From Eledone cirrhosa (taxonomy: Eukaryota), in assembly GCA_964016885.1 (NCBI GenBank), contig OZ024741.1:392956001-393020000 (forward strand): 64,000 nt of DNA, in the 5' to 3' direction. This document shows, in pieces, positions 37,262-49,012 of this stretch (the first letter of the stretch is position 1; the number at the start of each line of letters is the position of its first letter). The translations under genes were made by a program, and so were the position numbers. The notes under the pieces were generated by a model. It made no database searches and had not been told where the DNA came from. It saw only the letters and a list, made by a program, of their open reading frames with translations.

Positions 37262-39697
37262 AGCAAGATGTATGGTAGGTCGTACGTGAATCGCGATGAT
37301 CACGCCTGACCTACCAAATATGCGACGGTAGCTAGTTAAGCTCTATGCGTATAAGCAGAGCAGAAATATTAATGAAAAAGAACAAAGGAACTATTATGAC
37401 ATTATAACAAGTTTATTGCCGACAGCCGTTTCGTCCGACCATATGGTGGGACCTTTTCAAGGCATATTACAGGTGATTGTAAGTTCATTATTCACATCAA
37501 TGTTTCACTCAAGATTAGCAGTTTGAAATTGTGGTATACATCAACAGCTCCTTTGGATAGCGTAGACGCCGGACCATACCCGCAAATATATACCCTGATC
37601 TGTCTTGAATATGCATGGCTGACGGAATATGGATAACACGACCACCATCTAAGCTAAAACCGACCCCTACAACAAACAAAGAGGGGACAGCCCTTAGCAT
37701 TTGACCAGTCGCGTGTGTGCTTGGAGTTCGTGAGAGGGGGGGGGGGGATATTAGCGAGAGACGCAATATACCACCCCAGTCAAGTCCATACTGGATTTTT
37801 TTACCAATATATCATGTACACCAATACATCCTATACAGCAAAACCTTGGATTTAGAACCGGCAAGCTGATCTATCGCAAACGCGTGCAATCCCCGAAACT
37901 AAAAGATCGAACGGACCACACCCTGCGACCACTAGCTATTTGATCCACAGGTACATTTCCCAGAGAGTCCACACAGCTGATAGTGAATCCCAGTTGATTC
38001 GTGAACTCGGAACTTTTAAACAAGACCAACTGTGCCTGGAGTTATGCAGATGACTACATGCGCACAATGGATATCGCACCCACAAGGTCACCTGTATTGT
38101 TCATCTTGCTGTATGTGTGTAAAGTATCCGTGCGTGGGATATCCCTGAGTAAATTTACTTGACCGTTAATTGTTTATTGATTGTTTGTTAATTAGGCAGG
38201 AATATACCATTATGTCTTTGTTAATCCTATGTGTTGCTGTATGTGTGTAAAGTATCCGAGCGTGGGATATCCCTGAGCAAATTTTGCTTGACTGTTAATT
38301 GTTTATTGATTGTTTGTTAATTAGGCAGGAATATATTATTATGTCTTTGTTAATCCTATATTAATAATTTTATAATAATTTTTTGATAGTACATTATTAG
38401 ATTACTGAAGCTACCTTATACCTTCTTAAAAATACATTTTATAATTATTGTCTTTTTGCTTATATACTTTCTTACTTATCATTTTCTTTAATCTTGCCCA
38501 ACTTGATAAGCTCTTTGAATTGCTCCTTAATTAGATTACTTAAATTACTTAAATTACTTTATCTATTATACCTAAGTTGTATCTGTTGAAGCAGCCCTTT
38601 GAAAATTCCTCGGATCTCCCAAATCCCGTAATTTTTAACTTTTAATTTGTAATTTTCCTCAATTCATTTATATATATCTTTAAAGGCTCTCTAAAATTTT
38701 AATTCTTTGAAGGGTCATTCGGAAGAGGTTCTTATTAAAAATATTATTAAAAATATTAAAGGGGCCTTTTCTGAGGGATTTTTTGAAGGCTTTTTGAATT
38801 AACCTCTAATTGATTAATTTCTTTCAACTATTTATTTCTTAATTTTTAAAATTAAATTTAATGTTAATTAAATTTAATAGTTAATTTTTAATCATGGATA
38901 TATAAGATTGCTTAATCTTAAATTCATTAATTTTTTTAATTGCGGGGTTTGGAACTCTTAAAATTCAAATCCTAACTTAAATCTTAATATTTATATTATG
39001 TACTCCCTAAATCATTAACTTTATTAACCTGTTAAATCTTATTGAAAGTTCTTTTCCCTAATTTTAAATTTTTAATTTTTAATTTCTGAGTTTAGAACTT
39101 TAGTAGGGATTATCAAAACTTCGTAAATTTTCTGAAATGTTTTAACGAGATCTCTTAGAAAAATTTTTTTTTTCTTTTGAAGGAATTTTTTAGGAAACTT
39201 TATATCTTTTTAGGAAACTTTATATTTTTATTTTTTTATTTTTTTAGTCTCTTAATCTCTTCTGGTTTGTTAGGTTTATTGGGGCTTATAAGCTTTATGC
39301 ACTTATTGAGTGATTTTTTAAGGTGCTTCTACGAGATCCCAAGTCTTTTACTTTTAATGCGTAGCTTATAAATTCTCTAATTTTTGACCTTCAATCCCTA
39401 ACTCTTAGGCCCTTTTCAAATTCTCTTAACTTCCTATAACCCATCCCTTTTAAAACTCCTACAACTAATATAAAAGAGCCCCCTTAGAATATAGACCCCA
39501 AATATACAAGCGGAACTGTTGATGTATACCACAATTTCAAACTGCTAATCTTGAGTGAAACGTTGATGTGAATAATGAACTTACAATCACCTGTTATATG
39601 CCTTGAAAAGGTCCGACCATATGGTCGGACGAAACGGCTGTCGGCAATAAACTTGTTATAATGTCATAATAGTTCCTCTGTTCTTTTTCATTAATAT
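37262..39697 (+). mobile_element. 2.3-kb non-coding element with ~186-bp inverted termini carrying a variant hammerhead (PLE-derived, non-autonomous)
   Basis: 37366-37551 is the reverse complement of 39512-39697; flanked by (TA)n; 128-bp internal tandem duplication at 38106/38234; no meaningful ORF. Confidence 0.8.
39599..39646 (+). ncRNA. Minimal type I hammerhead-like motif with U3-A8 core
   Basis: TGCC-TTGAAAA-G-GTCCGACC(ATAT)GGTCGGAC-GAAA-CGGCTG-TC-GGCA, followed by AATAAA. Confidence 0.7.
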
Positions 39698-39716
39698 ATA
39701 TATATATATATATATA

Positions 39717-39817
39717 AGTGTCTTGCTCAAGGACTCAACGCATCACCCGCCCCGAGAATCGAACTCACAACCTCTCAATTGCAAGCCCAATGCTCTAACC
39801 ACTAAACCATGCGCCTT

Positions 39818-39855
<38 letters not shown>

Positions 39856-40140
39856 GGCTTGCAATTGAGAGGTTGTGAGTTCGATTCTCGGGGCGGGTGA
39901 TGCGTTGTGTCCTTGAGCAAGACACTTTATTTCACGTTGCTCCAGTTTACTCAGCTGTAGAAACGAGTTGCGACGCCACTGGTGCCAAGCTGTATCGGCC
40001 AACATCGGTGGCGTGGAGAGAGGAGACTGGTATGCATGGGCGACTGCTGGTCTTCCACAAACAAACTGCCCAGGCTTGTGCCTCAGAGGGAAACTTTCTA
40101 GGTACAAAACCATGGTCATTCGTGACCGAGTGGAGCCTTC
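39717..40140. mobile_element. Head-to-head tRNA-derived SINE copies (39717-39820 minus, 39856-40140 plus)
   Basis: B-box GAGTTCGATTC and GTGTCCTTGAGCAAGACACTT in both orientations around a TA tract. Confidence 0.85.
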
Positions 40141-40253
40141 TTCGATATATATACATATATACATATATATATACATACATATATATATACATATATATCA
40201 TATATGTATATATATCAAGTAAGAATATTTTCGAAACAGCGAGCGGGTTTGAA

Positions 40254-40424
40254 ATTATTATAAATGTAAGCTATCGCCGTATTTTGACTAAAGAAATTAA
40301 AGAAATTATTTAGCCTGATATGGAAAAAGATGAGTATTGACGTACATGTACGTCAATACTCATCTTTTTCCATTTCTTTAATTTCTTTAGTCAAAATACG
40401 GCGATAGCTTACATTTATAATAAT
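40254..40424. repeat. ~170-bp palindrome with loopless centre
   Basis: Arms meet at TGACGTACATGTACGTCA; one ~13-nt bulge at ~40308-40320. Confidence 0.9.
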
Positions 40425-40814
40425 ATATATATAACAATCTTCTATGTATATAAACCATACATTAACCAATTCAATCAATCTAGCAAATCTTTTGAAAAAA
40501 ACATAAGTAAACGTATAACTTTGTATGGTTTTTAACTAGAATTCCTTCCGAATAACATGCATTTGAATCTCATTGCTTGCTTGAACGTATGCTTTTTGAC
40601 TTTTCATTATTTTGATATTGCCTTATTCAATTCTTAAAACATTCAGAGGTTAAAACTTTGATGGTTCTTATTTATTCTGAATAAAATTACCTGAAGGTGT
40701 ACGGTTGAGATAAAGCACCGATGATGTGGATAATTGTTTACTGATAAGTTGCTCTGAAAATGGATGTGATATTTTAGCCGAATCGAAACGTACGTATAAA
40801 TGTAACAATAAATA

Positions 40815-41152
40815 ATTGTTTCGACTTTAGGCACAAGGCCAGCAATTACCCAGTGCATTACTGGTACTTTATTTTATCGACCCCGTAAGGATGAAAGGTA
40901 AAATAAACCTCGGCGGGATTAACAATAAATAATGGTTTCTGATTTAGGCACAAGGCCAACAATTCTGAGGAGAGGGGAAAGTCGATTAAATCGACCCCAG
41001 GGCATTTCTGGTACTTTATTTTATCGATCTCTTAAGGATGAAAGGCAAAGCTAACCTCTGCGGGATTTGAACTCAGAATGTAAAGGTCCCTAACCCAATG
41101 CAGTTAAGCATGTTCTCCGACGCCCCACCGATTCTGCCAATCCACCGCCCTA
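40815..41152 (-). mobile_element. Two tandem SINE copies
   Basis: Repeated AGGCACAAGGCC..GGTACTTTATTTTATCGA..GGATGAAAGG. Confidence 0.85.
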
Positions 41153-41514
41153 ATGTAAGAATAAATAATAATTTCTTTTATATATACATAGTAGGTTTAT
41201 GCATATGTATATGTATGTATATACGTGTATGGAATGTACATGCGCGTGTGTATATGTATATGCACGTGTGTGTGTATATACGTATATATGCGAGTATATG
41301 CATGTGTATGTATATATAGGTGTGCGCACATGTAAACGCACGTGCGCATACATGTGTACACGCACACACGTTCACATGTATATATGTATATGTGTGTGTA
41401 TAATTTTTATACACAATATCTTCGTTTACACATGCTTCCAGCCCGGTCAGCGCCTACTCATGTATGAGCCTAAATCCTATACTACTTACTACGTTTAATG
41501 TTCTCATCATTATT

Positions 41515-41692
41515 ATTGGGCAGTATCGGTAGAGGGTCGGACGCCATACTTTCCATAGTTACGTCCCTTTACGGTCTGAGTTCAAATCCCGCTGAGGTTA
41601 ACTTTGCCGTTCATCCTTACGGGGTCGATAAAATAAAGTACCAGTAATGCACTGAGTAATTGCTGACTTTGTGCCAAATGTAGAAACAATTA
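41515..41692 (+). mobile_element. SINE
   Basis: Same family, plus strand. Confidence 0.85.
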
Positions 41693-41759
41693 TTACTTTT
41701 ACTATTATTAATACCTTCAGTTGTTTCCCTTCAATCATTTTACTTTTATTTACATCATT

Positions 41760-42140
41760 TTCCATAGATTTTAAGGACGTTTTTTTGTTTTTTTCTAGAG
41801 GTCTTAATCCGTATGGTGAGCAAAAGGGGTCCCGCGTGCTGGCCTCCTCACAACCCCGGCGGACAGAATAGAGAAGGCGTTTCCCCGGAGGACGGTAAGG
41901 GAAGGGAGAGCCATTCCAACTTGCGAGGCTCACACCTGTGACTGGCCAGCTCAGTGCCTATGGTGGTGAATATGGAGGTAGCCCTAGGGCCAAGGACACC
42001 AGAAGTCTCCACTGCCAAGGGCACGACTGCGAACCTGTCGGAGAGCGACTGGTACTTAGAGAGTTTGGCTTCCTCATCCCGACGTGCAGCAGTACCTGGG
42101 TTAGTCGCAGACTGCACCAGTTTGAGAATAACACTTTGTC
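41760..42140 (-). mobile_element. CRE-like 3' fragment
   Basis: [39 protein letters not shown]. Confidence 0.85.
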
Positions 42141-43334
42141 GGATTAAAGAAGAAAAGATTCTTTAAATATACTTCCGTGCTCTTTCCATTCTTACCTTTT
42201 TCTATAACCTTTGATTTGTATAAAACTTTACTTCTTTTCAATTATATATATATATATATGAGGTTATAGTACTTCACTATTTTCATTGGTAAGATGAGAG
42301 ATAAGCTCGATGCACTTTACCATCCTCAGTTCTTTAGGAGCAAAAAACTGGATGATTAAGGGCAGTTCAGGTAGCAGAGCATTTAAAAAGGATACGAAAT
42401 TATCATTTATTTATACATCTCTATGAACGTTTCAACAGGACTAGAATATTGCATCCATTTGTGGAGTAACTTGAAATTACCAGTTAAACATTTCCTCCAA
42501 AATTGGTGCTTTGTTCTAACAGTATCTTTCAGGAAATATATAGAACAAAATAACAATAATTAATACCATAAGACAAGTATAAAAAAAATGAGAAGATTCA
42601 AAGTATGGAACATTTAGGCAAGCAGTTAAAATTTCAAGTGCAAATTTAGCATAAGATTGTACAAGGATATTTTCAAACATGCAAGTTTATAAATTTATCA
42701 GTGCTTTTTTATTTTTTTCAGGAAAAAATATGTTATAACTAGGAATTGGTTACAACAGCAGTTAAAAATGTTTTTATAGTGTTAGGATAGTTTGGTCAGT
42801 TATTCATAAGAGAAAGATTTGAAAATATTTAGTAGATTTTTTCGTTAGTTAATATATGTGTGAGATATTCTTAGCTCCATATATATAATTTTCTATATCT
42901 ATTATATAAAAAGAAAGTTTATTTGTTTTGCTTTTCCAATAAAATTAGTAAAAATGTAAGGGAGCTTACTCCTACATTTTTAAAGATTAATTACAGAATT
43001 TGCTAACTGTTATAATCATACATATTTATACATGTGTGTATACATGTATATATTTAAATTCGTAAATTCTCAGGGATATTCAACATGTGTACGCTTAAAT
43101 GTAACCAAAAGAGGACATGAATGAAGACCAACACATCGACACACCTGTTGTACCATACAACATATCCCTCATTAAACACTTGGTGGAGAAGAGGGGATGG
43201 TGGAAGTTGAGGCGTGTGTGTAGATGTACGTGTGTGTGTGTAAGTGTGAGAGTCTGAGGAAGAGCGGGGTATGTTGGAGTGGAGTGTATGACTAAATACT
43301 GTTGGCAAACTAACATTAATATCACTATACAATT

Positions 43335-44937
43335 TAGCTCCCGTTTCTTCTAAGGCCAATACAACGGTACGTGATGGGGCCCACCCACAACCCCGGCGGA
43401 CGGGATGGAGAAGGCGTTTCCCCGGAGACGGCAAGGGAGACGCGCTGGAAGAGCCACTCCAACTCGCGGGGCTCACCCCTGGGGCTGGCCAGCTCAGTGC
43501 CTATGGTGGTGAGTAAGAAGGTAGCCCTGGGGCCGAGGGCACTAGAAGTCTCCACTGCCAGGGGTACGAACGCAAACCTGTCGGAGAGTGACCGGTATTT
43601 GAGGAGTTTGGCCCCCTCGGCCCGACGTGCAGCAGAACCTGGGTCAGTCGCAGACTGCACCAGGTTGCGGCTGCAGAAAGTGTTGGTGCAAGTGGCATCC
43701 CAGACGAGGGGTTTGCCACCGCGGAACGGGAAGATGGCCATACCGTCTGGCCTTTTGCCGTCCCCTCGATCCAGCCCCACCGGCTCGAGCTGGGAAGGGA
43801 AGCCTGCAGCGTCCAAGCCACGCTTAATGATCTCGTTGAGCGCAACATGGCGTGGAATGCGGCCGGCACTGTGGCGACAGGAAAGCAGGGGGAGGCCGAA
43901 AGAGTCCACGGTGGAACCGCAGTGACATTGGTGTGGCTGGCCGATCCGGAGGCCGAGCCTCAGGGAAACGCCGATGCACAGGCTATGGTTGTCTAGCTGC
44001 GTGCCAGTGGAGAAGGAGGGTAGGGCATGGAGCCAGGCACCACAGTGGGGTTTGGAGGCCGCACAAAAACAAACAAGGCGGTGCTGGTCGAGCTGGCGCG
44101 TGAGCCTGTCTGAGGCCAGGCTGCACTGGATGGCATCACAAGTGCTTTGGGGGGACTTGACGTCAACAGGGGGAGAAGGATGAGGGACGTCTACTGGGCT
44201 AAGTTCCAGCCGGTCCCACGTCTCACAGGCGGCCTCACGTTCTCTGAACACAGAGGGTTCTGTTGTGTTTTGAAGAACCCTACTGACGAGGACGCGGCAC
44301 GAGGTTACCGACGAAAGATACGCCGGCAAAGCTAGTGGGATCGGGGACCGGAGGCCAAGGCCGCCATACCTGACAGGTAAAGTGGCCTGTTGCCACCCTA
44401 TGTCGTCAAACTTGACGTTGCATATCTCCTCGGCTGATGCTCGGATACAAGTATCGAGGTCAGCGAGGAGTGATGTCTGGGTGTAGCACGGAGCGCTGCG
44501 GAGTGTATGGAGGAGCTTCGGCATGGCGAAGCAGTTTCTCAGCAAAAAAGAGAGCTGCGTGGCCATCGAGCAAGCCCAGTCGGCTCGTGAGAGTCTGGAG
44601 CTGTTGAAGCCTGGACCTGATGGTGGAGCGGATGGCCGGCGGGTGGATCGGTGACCCGAGGATGAGGACATCCTCTTTGGGGGTTACCTGGCGGAGAATG
44701 GACCGCACGTCCAAGGCGGAGGCTGCAAAGCTTGCAGCATCGAGGCTGACATTCACCACCTCCGACTTGGCCGAGTTGACCTGGAGGCCGATTCCCGGCA
44801 AGGCAGGTACCACCGATTGAAGGTCATAGCAGACTGTCTGTACGGGCCCGCCCAACGTAGCATCATCCAGATACCAAACGTTGAGAGGGGCCGTGATACT
44901 CCGGGCGATGTGGTCAATACCAAGGTTGAACAGGAGT
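43335..44937 (-). mobile_element. CRE-like non-LTR element (RT end, CCHC, RLE), 5'-truncated, frameshifted
   Basis: NVWYLDDATLGG, ILGSPI, QATLPVRYGGLGL, CHCG, RHVALN, KRPDG, WDATC, PLAVET. Confidence 0.92.
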
Positions 44938-45304
44938 GTGGTAGTACCTAGAACGAAAGGGAAAAGCACAGTGTCCCAGTGAAAGGAAATAAACAATAAC
45001 ATCATATAGGGGGGGGGTCTATATACCGTAAATTAGTGGGGAAGGGACTTCATATATATATATATATACCCATGGTTGACGACCTTCTTACATATATGAA
45101 GAGAACGTAGAGCATTTATCTATATAATAGTTGCTATCTACATATGTGTGTAATACGTTCATATTTGGTGGTTTACCACTGGGAAGAATTGGTCATTCTG
45201 TAATGTTAAACATGACGTTATATGAGAAAAGCACTCGACGTTATGCAATTCATCCACCGACATGATGTTGAATCATGTCGGTGGTGCAGGAACGGAGTAA
45301 ATGT

Positions 45305-46431
45305 ATTATAAAGTGAAATGAAATATGTACCTTGCCCGTGTGGATTACACCCAGTATGATTATGGGAGTAACTGGCACGTGGAGATTGTGTATAGTTTTT
45401 CCTAACTCATTGTATCATACGTTTCAATTTTGATACTTCTCGACTTTAACTTCACTAGCATCGATGGCTACGAATAAATGGCATGTTACGACACCGGCTG
45501 ACTATGGATACCCTCCTAGCTGCACTCGAGGTGACTGGGTCTGTCCACCCCCTTGAGTGCTTGGAAATAAACTAAATTTCCCTTTTCTACGGTAAACCGT
45601 ATTTACTTGAAACGGTCGGCGGACCTTTGGGCCTTGTGTGTTGGGGGAGGGGATTTCTCAGTTGGTGCTAACCGACATACCTTACTACTATCGTAATTTA
45701 ATATAATATAACATTGAACTATGAGGAGAATCTGAAGTAGATAGCAACTAAGCTTAGCATAACTAACAGTGTGTTATTTGTCTTATTAGGTCCCTGATTT
45801 ACAACAACTCTATAATTGGAATCATTAACGTAACTGCTCTACTTGTTTAAACACTCACTTCTACTCTTCAATTCCTAAATTTAACCCTAACTCCAACTTA
45901 TAAATATTTCTAACCGGAATTTCTTTCTCTACTTGATATGTTGCTGTCACCTCACCTCCCACCCCCCTATATGTTGTATGCTTTCCGTGAGTATATAAAC
46001 CTTAGCTTGACCCAGGCGAATTACCATTCTCTGTAACACGATATACTCCCCCTCTCTGGCCTGTTCACCGAAGGCTGCTGGAGTTGAGAGGTAGTATCGC
46101 CAAGTAAACTATACATCCCCATTCCCGCTAGCAAACTAACAGGAAAGATTTGTTTAAAATAACCTCACTCAGAGACGGCCGAGCAGTGTAGCAACATACT
46201 ACTACGTCCGTCTCTGGGTCAAAAGCATAGCACACTTTTTCCTCTTTGTTTTTCTTTGCTTGTTTCCTTAAAGCTTACTCTCATTCCGTTGGTATACATC
46301 TATTACTCAATTTACACCTGATGAGGTCACCTGGTTCTTACGCAGCCAGGCCACTGAAATGTGCATAGTGTTTACAGCAATAACAAATTAAGGAAATTCA
46401 ATATATTTGGCCTCCTGTCATTTCACTTTAT
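45305..46431 (+). mobile_element. ~1.1-kb ORF-less element ending in a hammerhead; paralogue of 61103-62160
   Basis: Blocks homologous to the reverse complement of 61103-62160; 14-bp inverted ends ATAAAGTGAAATGA / TCATTTCACTTTAT. Confidence 0.7.
46314..46371 (+). ncRNA. Type I hammerhead motif
   Basis: ACAC-CTGATGA(46318)-stem II CCTGG/CCAGG-GAAA(46356)-TGTGCA-TA-GTGT. Confidence 0.7.
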
Positions 46432-46461
46432 GTGTATAATATATATACACACATACATGTA

Positions 46462-46602
46462 TACATTATCTATATAATCGTTTATGATCTGAGTTCAAAT
46501 CCCGCCGAGGTTAACTTTGCCTTTCATCCTTACGGGGTCGATAAAATAAAGTACCAGTAATGTACTGAGTAATTGCTGGCCTTGTGCCAAAAGTAGAAAC
46601 AA
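46462..46602 (+). mobile_element. SINE fragment
   Basis: Same family as 35068. Confidence 0.85.
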
Positions 46603-47348
46603 TCTATATATATAAAGCTGTGGTTGTCTGTCTGTCTATCGATTTTTGGCACACATCTCCTCTTAGAATCTCTGACGGAATTGCACCGAAATTGCTATAC
46701 TTGTACATTGAGCCCTAGCGAAGACATCGGAAAAAAATATTTCAAATTGACCCACCCTATGTGACGAAATCGAATCTAATGTATCGATTTTTGAGCGTAA
46801 GTGACGAGTTATTTCCCTTTGTTCTATATATATAAAGCTGTGGTTGTCTGTCTGTCTATCGATTTTTGGCACACATCTCCTCTTAGAATCTCTGACAGAA
46901 TTGCACCGAAATTGCTATACTTGTACATTGAGCCCTAGCGAAGACATCGGAAAAAAATATTTCAAATTGACCCACCCTATGTGACGAAATCGAATCTAAT
47001 GTATCGATTTTTTAGCGTAAGTGACGAGTTATTTCCCTTTGTTCTGTTTACATTGAGCGTCTTACGTTGTTTTTCTCTGCGTTGCAGTGTTTACATTTTC
47101 GATCTTTGTTAATAAATAACCAGTGCAGTTTTTATCCCCAGCATCCTCTTTTGTTATAACATTCGGGTTATCGTTATGTTTTCTTAACTTCATAAGGCAT
47201 ATTGTTGGTTGAGGGAATATTGATCAAAAACACCACATGCAAGTCTGCACAGTAGACACTACAGTTTTTAAGCCAAAAAAGAAACTTAACATTGTAACTT
47301 TAACACAGCTACTGAGCGACCCCGAGCAACGCCGGGCTTTACTGCTAG
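46603..47348 (+). mobile_element. Non-autonomous Helitron with tandem-duplicated 220-bp 5' end
   Basis: 5' TC(TATA) at 46603 and 46823; 3' hairpin CCCGAGCAACGCCGGG then CTAG-T. Confidence 0.8.
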
Positions 47349-47351
47349 TTA

Positions 47352-48266
47352 TCTATATAATCGTTGAAAATGCTGTTTTCAAACATATTGTCCACCCTCT
47401 TTTTCTTCCTATTTTCTTTTTTCTCCATCCCTCCTCTCTCTCATGAAAAATCACGCTTTGTAATTCCAAAATAAATGTACGCAAATTTTCATGAAAGTTT
47501 GTATTTTTTACGAATGGTCGTTTGTGTTCCAAAAGAGTCTCGCATCCTCTTAAAAGATATAAAAGCACAATATTGTAAGAACAAAGTATCAGTTAAACTT
47601 TAGCCACATTGCGTTAGCTTTTAAAAAGACGTTTCACAATAGTAATAGAAAGTTAAGTAAAGTGAGGTGATACTAACTACAGCTCTAACGTATTTTACCA
47701 GAAAATGATACAGAGCTTTTTGGTGTTGTCAAAGTGAGGTGATATTAATAAGCACAATAAGACACTGAGCTCCAGTGATGCTAACCTTCCGTTTACAATG
47801 ACAACTTAAATGAGGATTTATATCTCCCTGATGAAGATATTCATGTAATAGTCACTCATTTTCTCATTTAATCCACATTTTAGCTTTTAAAAAAGCTACC
47901 AAGAAGAAGAAAGTTCTTATTGTCCACAAGTTCTTCACACGTTGCAACCTTACATAATACTGCAGGGTGGGTAGTTAATAAAGCTTATTTGTGTAAACTC
48001 CAAACCAATAATCTTGTTTACCCAGAAGCTCTTAATTTCCTTCAAAATATGTGATAGAATTTATCTCCTCTCATAAAATGATACATTTTGTATTTTCATT
48101 TTTTATTATTTTTGCATTATGACTTCACAATTGATTTCACCATGAACCTCAATTGAAGAATAAATGGGATTTAGAATAACTAATTACTATATAATATGTT
48201 TTGATTTCTTCTTCTAATGTATAAAGACCACTTTCATTCCCGGGCAACGTCGGGCGCTTCTGTTAG
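47352..48266 (+). mobile_element. Second non-autonomous Helitron, head-to-tail with the first
   Basis: A^TCTATATAAT start; 3' CCCGGGCAACGTCGGG hairpin then TTAG-T. Confidence 0.75.
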
Positions 48267-48941
48267 TATCTATATATAATTCAAATCAAAAAATATATAG
48301 AGAGAGAGAGAGTGAGAAAGAGCCAAATATCGTTAGAGAAACACATAGTACACTGTACATACATATAAAGCATATAATATTTAGGAAAAAGTACATACTT
48401 AAGGTGGAAAAGAACGGTTTTATATCAGAGTGACCTTCTCCTAGAGAGATGTTTTAAGGAAGTTGTTCGCTAAAAGAAAAAAAAAAAAAACTTTATTGGA
48501 TGGTTTTATTTTTCATCCCACATGGTGTCCAAATTCACCCTCCACACCAAGCAAGCTTGACGGGGTTGCCGGTTTAGCCGCCGACGATCCGACCATGCAC
48601 AGGTTGTACTGGGTTAAATGTCAGCATACATACATGATGGCTACAAACTCTGCTAAGAGTATTGCAATCGCTTGTCAGATTACAGAAAATGGTGCACTTT
48701 TAGGCTACTGCCAGCCACACGAACCTGTAACAGATCCTGAACAAACAATGCCTGTGCTTTGAAGGTTTTTTTTAAGTAGGGAAAGGGCTTGCACTTGGCT
48801 AATACCATTCTCTAAGCATCGAAAACATTACCCGAAAAGGGGAACTTGTCAACACCATCGGATGCTTCCGAAGCCGCATGTTTTTTATCAGAGTTTCCCT
48901 CTCCTAGAAAGGTGTTGTGACAACTGGGGGGCCATTCACTC

Positions 48942-49012
48942 ACATACATACATACATACATACATACATACATACATACATACATACATACATACATACA
49001 TACATACATACA
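48942..49012. repeat. (TACA)n microsatellite
   Basis: Direct reading. Confidence 0.95.

Noticed and set aside
38360-39510. Mitochondrial insertion (NUMT)
   Set aside because: AT-rich, but no recognisable mitochondrial gene, tRNA or rRNA motif, and it is enclosed by PLE-like termini.
39856-39900. tRNA gene
   Set aside because: B-box belongs to a SINE head; no complete cloverleaf.
42400-43010. Decayed PLE coding remnant (also 22600-22900)
   Set aside because: Only weak hints (KLPYI); not enough to call.
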